DNA from: Candidatus Omnitrophota bacterium
Lineage (GTDB): Bacteria; Omnitrophota; Gorgyraeia; Gygaellales; Profunditerraquicolaceae
Direction: 5' to 3'
Assembly (NCBI GenBank): GCA_003598025.1
Contig: QZKH01000003.1
Coordinates: 42,048 to 106,047 of the forward strand
DNA length: 64,000 nt
Shown: piece after piece, positions 18,501-27,887 of the stretch
Position numbering within the stretch: the first letter of the stretch is position 1
How the letters are laid out: each line of letters begins with the position of its first letter
The notes under the pieces: model-generated
Databases searched by the model: none
What the model was told of the DNA's origin: nothing
The model's input: only the letters and a program-made list of their open reading frames with translations
Program-made: the position numbers and the translations under genes

Positions 18501-20075
18501 ATGCCTAAGGTAAAATTATACGATACTACATTAAGGGACGGTTCTCAGGGAGAGGGCATCTCTTATTCTGTACTGGATAAATCCCGCATAGCAAGAGAGC
18601 TCGATTCTCTCGGTATTCATTACATTGAAGGAGGTTGGCCAGGGTCAAACCCTAAAGATATGGAGTTCTTCGTTCAGATGGCCAAGAAGCCTCTTAAAAA
18701 CTCAACACTTGTTGCTTTTAGTATGACTCGCAGGCCAAATATAAAAGCCAGCGATGACCAGAATATCAAGGCAATACTGAAATCCAAAGCAAAATCAGTT
18801 GCTATTGTAGGTAAGACCTGGGATTTGCATGTCAGTGATGTCTTAAAAGTAGAGCTTGATGAAAATATCAGAATGATCGAAGATACAGTCTCTTTCCTTG
18901 TTTCCAAGGGCCTTGAGGTATTTTATGATGCCGAACATTTTTTTGATGCATATAAACATAACAAGGAATACACTTTCAAATGCCTTGCAGCTGCAGAGTT
19001 GGCAGGTGCTAAAGCGATTTGTCTCTGTGACACAAACGGAGGTATGCTGACTTCAGAGTTGGCTCGAATAGTCAGGGAAATCAGGCCTCTTGTTAAAGTT
19101 GGACTTGGCATACATTGTCATAATGATTGCGGTGTTGCCGTAGCTAATTCGTTAACTGCTGTTGAGGCGGGCTGCGATATAGTACAGGGGACCATAAACG
19201 GCTACGGAGAACGGTGCGGTAATGCTGATTTGATACCCATTATTGCTAATCTGATGCTTAAGATGAAGATCAGTTGTTTAGGTGAAGATAAACTTAAGGA
19301 GCTCACAAAGGTATCGCATTTTGTAAGTGAAATGGCAAATATGAAGCAAAGGTCGGATCAGCCTTTTGTCGGTGATTCGTCTTTTGCCCACAAAGGCGGT
19401 ATGCATATAAATGCAGTAGTAAAGAATCCAAAGTCCTATGAGCATATTGATCCATCCTTAGTCGGCAACCACCGCAGGATACTTGTTTCTGAGCTTGGCG
19501 GTAAAACAGGGATAATGCTGCGTGCCAAGAACCTGGAGTTTGACCTGGCCAAAGAAGATGCCAAGACAAAGAAGATATTAAAGCTTATTCAAGACCTTGA
19601 ACATAAGGGTTATCATTTTGAGGCGGCAGAAGCTTCGTTTGAATTGTTGATGAAAAAGGCTTTGAAGAAATATAATAAATTCTTTGAGCTGGAAGGTTTC
19701 CGTGTTGTGATAGAGAAGGTATCTAATAAAAAGATCACTTCCGAGGCTATAATTAGAGTTAAGGTAAAAGGGGTGAAGGAGCATACTGCTGCTGATGGTG
19801 ATGGCCCGGTGAATGCCCTTGATAATGCGCTTAGAAAAGCCTTGAAGGATTTTTATCCTTCGCTTTCTAAAATGCATTTGTCTGATTTTAAGGTAAGGGT
19901 ATTAGATGAAAAAGACGGCACTGCCGCAAAAGTAAGAGTGCTTATACAATCACAGGATGAAACTGATTCCTGGAGTACGGTAGGGGTGTCTGAGAATATT
20001 ATTGAAGCCAGCTGGCAAGCTCTTGTAGATAGTGTAGAGTATAAACTATTAAAAGATACAAAAAAGCAGCCCTGA
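18501..20075 (+). CDS. cimA: Citramalate synthase
   Basis: YDTTLRDGSQGEG, EGGWPGSNPKD, YDAEHFFD, HCHND, GERCGNA, AHKGGMH, SWQAL; start at ATG 18501. Confidence 0.93.
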   Translation: MPKVKLYDTTLRDGSQGEGISYSVLDKSRIARELDSLGIHYIEGGWPGSNPKDMEFFVQMAKKPLKNSTLVAFSMTRRPNIKASDDQNIKAILKSKAKSVAIVGKTWDLHVSDVLKVELDENIRMIEDTVSFLVSKGLEVFYDAEHFFDAYKHNKEYTFKCLAAAELAGAKAICLCDTNGGMLTSELARIVREIRPLVKVGLGIHCHNDCGVAVANSLTAVEAGCDIVQGTINGYGERCGNADLIPIIANLMLKMKISCLGEDKLKELTKVSHFVSEMANMKQRSDQPFVGDSSFAHKGGMHINAVVKNPKSYEHIDPSLVGNHRRILVSELGGKTGIMLRAKNLEFDLAKEDAKTKKILKLIQDLEHKGYHFEAAEASFELLMKKALKKYNKFFELEGFRVVIEKVSNKKITSEAIIRVKVKGVKEHTAADGDGPVNALDNALRKALKDFYPSLSKMHLSDFKVRVLDEKDGTAAKVRVLIQSQDETDSWSTVGVSENIIEASWQALVDSVEYKLLKDTKKQP

Positions 20076-20089
20076 GCAAGGTCGAAGGA
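20070..20089 (+). repeat. CCTGAGC..GTCGAAGG hairpin (G.A-mismatch REP-like) overlapping the cimA stop
   Basis: ccctgagcaaggtcgaagga; related inverted copies at 36256-36328. Confidence 0.65.
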
Positions 20090-20109
20090 CAGGCGCTGGT
20101 GTGGGCAAC

Positions 20110-20144
20110 GTAGAGTAAAATTACTTAAGGATACAAAGCAATAA
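20110..20144 (+). pseudogene. Relic second copy of the cimA 3' end
   Basis: gta gag ta- aaa tta ctt aag gat aca aag caa taa = VE(Y)KLLKDTKQ*, matching cimA VEYKLLKDTKKQP* with synonymous changes; its TAA overlaps the valS ATG. Confidence 0.65.
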
Positions 20145-22945
20145 TGGCTATAGAGCTTTCAAAGCAGTATAATCCTCACGAAGTTGAGGACAAATGGTAT
20201 TTTGACTGGGAAAAAAACGGGTATTTTAAAACCTCCCCGTCTAAGAACAGAATCCCTTTTTGTATAGTTATCCCTCCGCCTAATGTGACGGGTATTTTGC
20301 ACATGGGGCATGCTTTAAATAATACGATACAAGATATTCTTATCCGGTACCACCGCATGAATGGCGAGGCTGCTCTATGGATGCCGGGCACAGATCATGC
20401 CGGCATTGCTACTCAGAACGTCGTTGAAAAAAGTTTGGCAAGGGAGAATATTAAACGCCAGGATTTAGGCAGGGAAAAGTTTATTGAAAAAGTGTTATTA
20501 TGGAAAGACAAATACGGCTCTACGATAATTCATCAGCTTAAGAAACTGGGTGCTTCCTGTGATTGGTCAAGGGAGCGTTTTACTATGGATGAAGCGTATT
20601 CCAGGGCGGTAAAACATGTATTTGTGCGTTTGTGGGACAAGGGGCTTATTTATCAAGGGGATAAGATAATTAACTGGTGTCCTCGCTGCCAGACAGCTTT
20701 ATCTGATGAAGAAGCACCGCATCATGAACTTGATGGTCATCTTTATTATTTGAAATATCCTTTGAAGGCCGATCCTGATACTTTCATTATTGTGGCTACT
20801 ACCAGGCCGGAAACAATGCTTGGAGATACAGCCGTCGCAGTTAACCCCAGGGATAAAAGATATAAAAAATTCTTGAATAAAATCCTGTTATTGCCTTTGG
20901 TTGGCAGGGAGATAAAAGTAATCGGCGATAGTTCAGTGGATATGAAATTCGGAACCGGTGCTGTAAAAGTTACACCTGCCCATGATCCGAATGACTATAT
21001 AATGGGCAATAGGCATAAACTGAAATTTGTAAATGTTATGTATCCGGATGGCCGGATGAATGAGAATGCCGGAGAGTATAAGGGTATGGATAGGTTTGAG
21101 GCACGGGAAGTGATTATAGAAGACCTCAGAGAAAAAGGATTACTGGATAAAATAGAGCCACATGCGCTTTCTGCCGGGCATTGTTATCGTTGCCACACTA
21201 TAATTGAACCGTATCTTTCAAGGCAATGGTTCGTTAAGATGTCCCCTTTGGCAAAACCGGCAATAGAAGCTGTGAAAAAAGGTAAAATCAAATTCCATCC
21301 TAAAAGATGGACTAAGGTATATCTTAACTGGATGGAAAATATACAGGATTGGTGTATTTCACGGCAGATATGGTGGGGGCATCGCCTGCCGGTATATTAT
21401 TGTAAGGAATGTATAAAGAATGCCGGCGAGTTCACGGTTCATAGTTCACAGTTCACAGGTAAGAATAAAGCCGGTATTATAGTTTCTGAAACTAAGCTGG
21501 ATAAATGTCCTAAGTGCGGTTCATCGGATATACATCAGGAAGAAGATGTTTTAGATACATGGTTTTCTTCCTGGCTATGGCCTTTTGCTACTTTTTATTG
21601 GCCGGATTTTCAAAAGCAATCAGCCATCAGCCATCAGCCATCAGCTTTCAGCTCTCAGCTGGATAGTCTACAGTCTACCGTGCACAGTCCACCGTCCACA
21701 GACAAAGATATTTCTGCCAGGCTCAAGGCGGATTTGGATTATTTTTATCCTACATCCACTCTTGTAACTGCACCTGAGATTATCTTCTTTTGGGTAGCCA
21801 GAATGATTATGGCGGGCATGGAGTTTATGCATAATGTCCCCTTTAAGGATGTTTACATCCATGGCACAGTGCGCGATATAGAAGGCAAGAAAATGTCTAA
21901 ATCCCTGGGTAATATTATAGACCCGCTTGAGATTATAAGCCAGTACGGTGCTGATGCCCTTCGCTTTAGCCTCATATCGATTACTTCTCAGGGGCAGGAT
22001 GTATATCTTTCTAAGGACAGGTTCGAGCAGGGCAGGAATTTCGCGAATAAGCTTTGGAATGCATCGCGTTTTATACTGATGAATATGGAAGAGGCAGACT
22101 CAGGCAAAGTTAACCAAATACGTCAAAACAGCACTAATATCGTAAATAAATGGATATTAAGCAGGTACAATTCCACAATAAAACAGGTTTCATCTTATCT
22201 TAATGCATATAAATTTAATGAAGCGGCAAATGCTATTTACGGTTTCTTCTGGCACGAGTTTTGTGATTGGTATCTTGAGATTATAAAGCCGAATATAAAA
22301 GATGATGAAAGCCGGGTAATTACGCGTATTATCCTTGAGGGTACCCTTAAAATGCTGCATCCTTTCATGCCTTTTATAAGCGAAGAAATATGGCGGATGA
22401 TCCCCGGTAATACTTCTACTATAATGTTTAGCAGCTGGCCGGTTCATTCTGAGAAAGCAATAGACAAAAAGATAGAGGCCCGGGTTAATATGGTCTTTGA
22501 TGTGATTAGCAGCATAAGGAATATGCGTTCCGAGCTTGAAATAGCAGTAACTGATAAAATAAATGTTAAACTTTTTACCGGCAGCAAGCCGAATTTGGAA
22601 ACGCTTAATTTTATGAGCGGAGACATCAAATTAATGTCAAAGCTGGATAATCTCGAGATCTCTAAAGATTATAAGCCTCAGATTAACCAATATGCAAGCG
22701 TCCTAAAGGATATCCATATAATAATCCCATTGTCCGGAGTTATTGATGTAGAGAAATACCTGCTTAAACTGGGTAAGCGTATCCAGGAAGTTTCATCCCA
22801 GATTGAAGCAAAGGGCAGGACATTGGAAAATAAGGATTTTATCGCACGGGCACCAGCAGAAGTCATAAAGAAAGAACAGGATAAATTAGAAGAACTTAAA
22901 GAAACCCTGAACAAACTAAAGGTGGTGAAAGATGGTATTAAATGA
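20144..22945 (+). CDS. valS: Valine--tRNA ligase with repeat-derived in-frame insertions
   Basis: PPPNVTGILHMGH, GTDHAGIATQ, DWCISRQIWWGH, DVLDTWFSS, KMSKS, C-terminal coiled coil. Confidence 0.97.
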   Translation: MAIELSKQYNPHEVEDKWYFDWEKNGYFKTSPSKNRIPFCIVIPPPNVTGILHMGHALNNTIQDILIRYHRMNGEAALWMPGTDHAGIATQNVVEKSLARENIKRQDLGREKFIEKVLLWKDKYGSTIIHQLKKLGASCDWSRERFTMDEAYSRAVKHVFVRLWDKGLIYQGDKIINWCPRCQTALSDEEAPHHELDGHLYYLKYPLKADPDTFIIVATTRPETMLGDTAVAVNPRDKRYKKFLNKILLLPLVGREIKVIGDSSVDMKFGTGAVKVTPAHDPNDYIMGNRHKLKFVNVMYPDGRMNENAGEYKGMDRFEAREVIIEDLREKGLLDKIEPHALSAGHCYRCHTIIEPYLSRQWFVKMSPLAKPAIEAVKKGKIKFHPKRWTKVYLNWMENIQDWCISRQIWWGHRLPVYYCKECIKNAGEFTVHSSQFTGKNKAGIIVSETKLDKCPKCGSSDIHQEEDVLDTWFSSWLWPFATFYWPDFQKQSAISHQPSAFSSQLDSLQSTVHSPPSTDKDISARLKADLDYFYPTSTLVTAPEIIFFWVARMIMAGMEFMHNVPFKDVYIHGTVRDIEGKKMSKSLGNIIDPLEIISQYGADALRFSLISITSQGQDVYLSKDRFEQGRNFANKLWNASRFILMNMEEADSGKVNQIRQNSTNIVNKWILSRYNSTIKQVSSYLNAYKFNEAANAIYGFFWHEFCDWYLEIIKPNIKDDESRVITRIILEGTLKMLHPFMPFISEEIWRMIPGNTSTIMFSSWPVHSEKAIDKKIEARVNMVFDVISSIRNMRSELEIAVTDKINVKLFTGSKPNLETLNFMSGDIKLMSKLDNLEISKDYKPQINQYASVLKDIHIIIPLSGVIDVEKYLLKLGKRIQEVSSQIEAKGRTLENKDFIARAPAEVIKKEQDKLEELKETLNKLKVVKDGIK
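21428..21458 (+). repeat. In-frame Family A heptamer tract in valS
   Basis: gagttcacggttcatagttcacagttcacag = EFTVHSSQFT, between the two CxxC pairs. Confidence 0.85.
21615..21701 (+). repeat. Two adjacent in-frame heptamer tracts in valS (AGCCATC-type and AGTCYAC-type)
   Basis: agcaatc agccatc x3 agctttc agctctc agct, then agtctac agtctac cgtgcac agtccac cgtccac. Confidence 0.9.
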
Positions 22946-23813
22946 AAGTTTTCCTTCGGAGAAAAAGGCAGAGTTGGATTGGCAGAAGATTGACAGTATT
23001 TTAAGGCATGCTTTGATAGAAGATATCGGTAAGGGTGATATCACCACTCAATTGACTATCCCAAAAGATAAAGAAACCGAAGCAGTTTTATTAGCAAAAG
23101 AGGATTGTGTTGTTTGCGGCCTGGATATCGCAGGGAGAGTATTTAAAATAGTGGATTCGCAGCTAGATTTCAAAACTACTGTCAAAGAAGGCAGGTTTGT
23201 AAAGAACGGAAAGGTTTTGGCTAAAATAACCGGGAAAGCCAGCAGTATCTTGTCTGCAGAAAGGGTAGCCTTAAATCTATTATCTATGCTTTCCGGCATT
23301 GCTACAAAAACCCGAGAGTATGCAAAGGAAGTGGAGCCTTATAAGGTAAAAATCACCGATACCCGTAAGACAATACCCGGTTTAAGGGACTTACAGAAAT
23401 ATGCGGTAAGGATAGGCGGCGGTTTTAACCATAGAGCCGGCCTGGATGAAATGATACTTATAAAAGATAATCATATTAAGGTAACCGAAGGCTATAGCAA
23501 ATTGCCAAGTGTGCCAAAAGGGTTTAAAATCGAGATTGAAGTCCAGGATTTGGAGGAGTTCAAGCATGCTTTGAGGTTTAAGCCTGATGTGATAATGCTG
23601 GATAATATGGAGTTGGAAGATATGAAGAGCGCTGTCCAGATCAGGAATAATACGCTTTTTAACAGCCATCATCCTAGGACAAAGCTTGAAGCATCGGGTA
23701 ATATAAATCTGAAAAACGTAAAGAAAGTCGCCTCTTGCGGAGTGGATATAATTTCTATCGGCGAGTTGACGCATTCTATAGAGGCAGCAGACATCTCGCT
23801 GGAGATTAAGTGA
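22932..23813 (+). CDS. nadC: Nicotinate-nucleotide pyrophosphorylase (quinolinate phosphoribosyltransferase)
   Basis: EDIGKGDITT, AERVALN, DTRKT.PG, NHR.GL, IKDNH, IMLDNM, EASG. Confidence 0.95.
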   Translation: MVLNESFPSEKKAELDWQKIDSILRHALIEDIGKGDITTQLTIPKDKETEAVLLAKEDCVVCGLDIAGRVFKIVDSQLDFKTTVKEGRFVKNGKVLAKITGKASSILSAERVALNLLSMLSGIATKTREYAKEVEPYKVKITDTRKTIPGLRDLQKYAVRIGGGFNHRAGLDEMILIKDNHIKVTEGYSKLPSVPKGFKIEIEVQDLEEFKHALRFKPDVIMLDNMELEDMKSAVQIRNNTLFNSHHPRTKLEASGNINLKNVKKVASCGVDIISIGELTHSIEAADISLEIK

Positions 23814-24631
23814 TAGCAAGGTTTGCTAAGTTTATTTTGCTGCCATGTTTACTGGTTGTTTTGTTTTGCCCCAGGATTTACCCGCAGAATTTTGCCAATA
23901 ATAATAAGCAGATCAAGATCGATAAGCCGGAAAAAGAACTTAAGGTCGGAGAGAAGCTTAAATTTAGCCTCCAGTGGCTGGGTGTACCCATAGGCTGGAT
24001 TGAGCTTGAAACAAAGGGAATTGTTTCAATTGAAGGCAATAACTGCTATCAAATAGTTGCCAGGGCTTTTCCGAACAGTTTTTTCAGAAAGATATACAAT
24101 GTAGAATACGCGGTCAATTCATTTATAGACAAGAAAGGGCTTTTTACAAGGCGTTTTACCAAGCGTAAGCTCTACAATGGTAAAGTAACTGATGTTATTA
24201 TTGATTTTGATTTACAGAATAAACAGGCTAAATACAGGAATCTTACTACTAATCAGGATTTTACTGTTAAAGCATTATCTTTTGCCCAGGATCTATTATC
24301 CAGCCTTTATTATCTTCGTCTCCAAGATCTGAAGTTAGGCTCAAAATATAAGGTAGACATAGTTTATGGGGATAAGTTTTGGAATATTAATGCTGAGGTT
24401 GACGATGTCAAGGCTTTGGATTTGCGTAAATTAGGGACTTTTAATGTGGTAAAGGTAGACCTGAATGCCGAATTAAGCCAGATGGTACTTGGTAAAAAAG
24501 ATATGCGGCTTTTCCTGACTTCTGATTCAAGAAGGATACCTGTGCTGTTTACCTTGCATACTTCTATGGGGCCGGTTAGGGGCATAATCCAGGAAATTAA
24601 ACCCGGTTCACAATGGAAAAATTCATCCTAA
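23810..24631 (+). CDS. Exported DUF3108-like protein
   Basis: Signal peptide; GEKLKF...WLG, QDLLSSLYYLR, RRIPV pattern typical of DUF3108. Confidence 0.65.
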   Translation: MIARFAKFILLPCLLVVLFCPRIYPQNFANNNKQIKIDKPEKELKVGEKLKFSLQWLGVPIGWIELETKGIVSIEGNNCYQIVARAFPNSFFRKIYNVEYAVNSFIDKKGLFTRRFTKRKLYNGKVTDVIIDFDLQNKQAKYRNLTTNQDFTVKALSFAQDLLSSLYYLRLQDLKLGSKYKVDIVYGDKFWNINAEVDDVKALDLRKLGTFNVVKVDLNAELSQMVLGKKDMRLFLTSDSRRIPVLFTLHTSMGPVRGIIQEIKPGSQWKNSS

Positions 24632-26580
24632 AATCAAAATTTAAACCCTGCGGAGACCAGCCGCAAGCTATAAAAGAACTTGTCAACGGGTTTAATAACG
24701 GAGAAAAAAAACAGACGCTTCTTGGCGTCACCGGCTCCGGCAAGACATTTACCCTTGCCAATGTCATTGCCCAGCTAAATTTACCCACCTTAGTAATTTC
24801 TCATAATAAGACTTTAGCCGCCCAGCTTTATTCTGAATTCAAGGATTTCTTTCCTGAGAATGCTGTAGAGTATTTTGTAAGTTATTATGATTACTATCAG
24901 CCTGAAGCATATATTCCGTCTACAGATACTTACATTGAGAAGGACGCTTCAATAAATGACAGGCTTGATCGTTTAAGGCTTTCCACAACAACATCACTTA
25001 TGAGCAGGAAAGATGTTTTAGTTATAGCTTCGGTATCGTGCATATATAACCTTGGCGACCCTTTGGATTATAAAGACTTGCTTGTTTTTGTGGAAAAAGG
25101 GATGCAGTTATCAAGAGAAGACTTGATATTAAGGTTTATTCATATGCAGTACGAAAGGAATGATTATGAGTTTATCAGGGGTAAGCTGCGTGTGCGCGGT
25201 GATTGCCTTGAGATATTCCCTTCATATCAAGAAAAAGCAATAAGGATAGAGTTCTTCCAGGATAAGATAGAAAATATTTCGTTAATAAATCCGGTCAGCG
25301 GACAGGTAATCAGTAACCTGAAGAAAACCGCTATTTATCCGGCAAAGCATTTTATTGTTTCTCAGGACCGGATAGATTCTGCCATTAAGTCAATAGAAGA
25401 TGAATTAACCGTAAGACTTGAGTTTTTGCGCAAGAATAATAAGCTGCTGGAGGCAGAGCGCCTTGAATCCAGGACTAAGTATGATATGGATATGTTAAAA
25501 GAAGTGGGGTATTGCCATGGGATAGAAAATTATTCGAGGCATTTATCACAGAGGCCTGAAGGCTCACGGCCTTATTCATTGATTGATTATTTCCAGGGTG
25601 ACTTTTTGGTAGTTATTGATGAGTCTCACGCTACTATCCCGCAAATCAGAGGGATGTATGAGGGCGACCGCGCGAGGAAAGAGATATTAGTGGATTACGG
25701 GTTCAGGCTTCCGTCTTGCCTTGATAACCGTCCGTTGAAATTTGACGAGTTCCAGGGTTTGATAGATAATTTTATTTTTGTTTCTGCTACCCCGGGAGAT
25801 TTTGAGATAAAACAGTGTAATAACAAGGTTGTCCAGCAGTTAATCAGGCCTACCGGCTTGGTTGACCCTGAGATCGAAATAAGGCCGCAGGACGGCCAAA
25901 TCGAGGACCTCATAAAAGAAGTTAAATCGCGCGCTGCAAAGAATGAAAGGTCTCTTGTTACTACTCTCACCAAGAGAATGGCCGAAGACCTAGCGACCCA
26001 TTTGCAGGAAAACGGGATAAAGGTAAAATATCTGCATTCAGAAATACACACAATCGAACGTTCCAGGCTATTGAGAAGTTTAAGGCTTAAGGAATTTGAT
26101 TGTTTGGTAGGCATTAACCTTTTGCGGGAAGGTCTTGATTTGCCTGAGGTATCTCTTGTGGCCATACTTGATGCTGATAAGGAAGGGTTTCTGCGTTCTG
26201 AAACTTCGCTTATACAGGTAAGCGGCAGGGCTGCAAGGAATGTAAACGGCAGGGTCATTATGTACGCAGATAATCTTACCGGTTCGATGAGAAGGGCGAT
26301 ATCCGAGAGTAACCGTAGAAGGGTAATCCAATTGGAATATAATGTAAGGAGAGGCATAAAACCACGCTCAATACAAAAAGCGATAAGGGATGGGATTGAA
26401 GATCTCCAGGAAGCAGAACAGCTGGTTGAGGAGCTTACCGGGCTTGAAAAAGATAAGTATGAATTGAATAAATATATTTCAGAGTTAGAATATGAGATGG
26501 AGCTGGCAGCAAGGAACCTTCATTTTGAAGAAGCAGCTAAAATCAGGGATGAAATCAAGGAACTGAAGAAACTTAGGTAA
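24613..26580 (+). CDS. uvrB: Excinuclease ABC subunit B
   Basis: GDQPQAI, GVTGSGKT, YYDYYQPEAY beta-hairpin, DESH, LLREGLD, C-terminal UVR domain. Confidence 0.98.
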   Translation: MEKFILKSKFKPCGDQPQAIKELVNGFNNGEKKQTLLGVTGSGKTFTLANVIAQLNLPTLVISHNKTLAAQLYSEFKDFFPENAVEYFVSYYDYYQPEAYIPSTDTYIEKDASINDRLDRLRLSTTTSLMSRKDVLVIASVSCIYNLGDPLDYKDLLVFVEKGMQLSREDLILRFIHMQYERNDYEFIRGKLRVRGDCLEIFPSYQEKAIRIEFFQDKIENISLINPVSGQVISNLKKTAIYPAKHFIVSQDRIDSAIKSIEDELTVRLEFLRKNNKLLEAERLESRTKYDMDMLKEVGYCHGIENYSRHLSQRPEGSRPYSLIDYFQGDFLVVIDESHATIPQIRGMYEGDRARKEILVDYGFRLPSCLDNRPLKFDEFQGLIDNFIFVSATPGDFEIKQCNNKVVQQLIRPTGLVDPEIEIRPQDGQIEDLIKEVKSRAAKNERSLVTTLTKRMAEDLATHLQENGIKVKYLHSEIHTIERSRLLRSLRLKEFDCLVGINLLREGLDLPEVSLVAILDADKEGFLRSETSLIQVSGRAARNVNGRVIMYADNLTGSMRRAISESNRRRVIQLEYNVRRGIKPRSIQKAIRDGIEDLQEAEQLVEELTGLEKDKYELNKYISELEYEMELAARNLHFEEAAKIRDEIKELKKLR

Positions 26581-26585
26581 AGTGA

Positions 26586-27380
26586 ATGGAAAGAAATAGA
26601 TTAAGATATTCTAATAATAAAACTCGGATTTTCATTGCCGTTGATGTTGGAAATACCAATATCAATTTTGGTATTTTTAAGAGGAATGCTCTTGTCAGGG
26701 AGTTTATCATACCGACTTGCGCGTATTCTTTGGCTAAGCTTAGAAAGCATTTTGGACAGGGATCATATCCTGGTAGCGCTTTTGTTTGTAGCGTTGTCCC
26801 AGATATTAATAAGCGTTTAAAAAGAGATTTAACAGTTTTAGGATTTAAGGCATATATTATAGGTAAGGATATCAAAGTACCTATAAGGAATAATTATCGT
26901 TATCCTTCCCAGGTTGGGCAGGATAGGCTTGTTAATGCCTACGCCTCGCTAAAAATATACGGCAAGCCGTTAATAATCATAGATTTTGGAACGGCAATTA
27001 CGTTTGATATTGTTTCTGGTAAAGGCGTTTATTTGGGCGGGATGATCTTGCCTGGTTTTTCGATCTCGCTGGATGCCTTATGTGAAAAGACAGCTCTTCT
27101 TCCGAAGGTAAAATTAGGCCTGCCTCCGGAATTTATTGGCCGTGATACCAGAAACAGTATTCTAAGCGGCCTGGTTTATGGATTTGCAGGTCTTACTGAT
27201 GGGTTTTGCAGAAAAATAAGATTTAAACTGGGTAAGCGTACAAAAGTGATCGCAACCGGAGGCAGCCTGCCTTTAATCAGGAAATTTGTTAAGCAGATAA
27301 ATTTCTTTGATAAAAATCTTATCTTGAAGGGCCTTTATATGCTTTATGAGAGCAAGGCTCAAAAGAAGGATTCATGTTGA
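26586..27380 (+). CDS. coaX: Type III pantothenate kinase
   Basis: DVGNT, SVVP, VGQDR, DFGTAITFD, GGMILPG, ATGG. Confidence 0.93.
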   Translation: MERNRLRYSNNKTRIFIAVDVGNTNINFGIFKRNALVREFIIPTCAYSLAKLRKHFGQGSYPGSAFVCSVVPDINKRLKRDLTVLGFKAYIIGKDIKVPIRNNYRYPSQVGQDRLVNAYASLKIYGKPLIIIDFGTAITFDIVSGKGVYLGGMILPGFSISLDALCEKTALLPKVKLGLPPEFIGRDTRNSILSGLVYGFAGLTDGFCRKIRFKLGKRTKVIATGGSLPLIRKFVKQINFFDKNLILKGLYMLYESKAQKKDSC

Positions 27381-27384
27381 CCGC

Positions 27385-27459
27385 AGGTCCGTTTCTATCA
27401 CTCCTCATAGAAGTGCCCCCATTGGGGGCACTTCTATGGTCAGTCAGAGAAACGGACCT
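27385..27459. repeat. Nested hairpin element upstream of groES
   Basis: Perfect 15-bp inner stem catagaagtgccccc/gggggcacttctatg plus 12-bp outer stem aggtccgtttct/agaaacggacct, followed by a T-run. Confidence 0.8.
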
Positions 27460-27480
27460 AGAATTTTTTTAAAAAAACTC

Positions 27481-27508
27481 TTGACAATAAAATTTTTTTT
27501 CTTATAAT
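27481..27508 (+). promoter_or_regulatory. Sigma70 promoter of groESL
   Basis: TTGACA (27481) - 16 bp - TATAAT (27503). Confidence 0.85.
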
Positions 27509-27534
27509 TAGCACTCTAAGAAATAGAGTGCTAA
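27508..27534. promoter_or_regulatory. CIRCE element (HrcA operator)
   Basis: Perfect TTAGCACTC-N9-GAGTGCTAA. Confidence 0.97.
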
Positions 27535-27579
27535 GTAAATAACAATATTAAACTACTTAACAATTAAGGAGGTGTTTTT

Positions 27580-27870
27580 ATGAACATCCAGCCATTAGGT
27601 GACCGCGTAGTTGTTAAGCCGCTTGAGGCCGAATCGAAAACTAAAGGTGGGATACTTCTTCCGGACACAGCTAAAGAAAAACCGCAAGAAGGCAAAATCG
27701 TTGCTGTTGGCAAGGGCAAAGTCTTAGATAGCGGCAGTATACAGCCGTTGGAAGTAAAAGTAGGGGATAAAATATTATACGGGAAATATTCTGGTAATGA
27801 AATCACTACCAGCGAAGGCGATGAGCTTTTGATAATGAGGGAAGAGGATATTTTAGCTATTATAAAGTAA
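27580..27870 (+). CDS. groES: Co-chaperonin GroES
   Basis: [24 protein letters not shown], aaggaggt RBS. Confidence 0.98.
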   Translation: MNIQPLGDRVVVKPLEAESKTKGGILLPDTAKEKPQEGKIVAVGKGKVLDSGSIQPLEVKVGDKILYGKYSGNEITTSEGDELLIMREEDILAIIK

Positions 27871-27887
27871 GATAAAGGAGGAGTTAC

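Noticed and set aside
20076-20143. T-box leader for valS
   Set aside because: Only 68 bp with no T-box consensus; the region is explained by a hairpin and the cimA-end relic.
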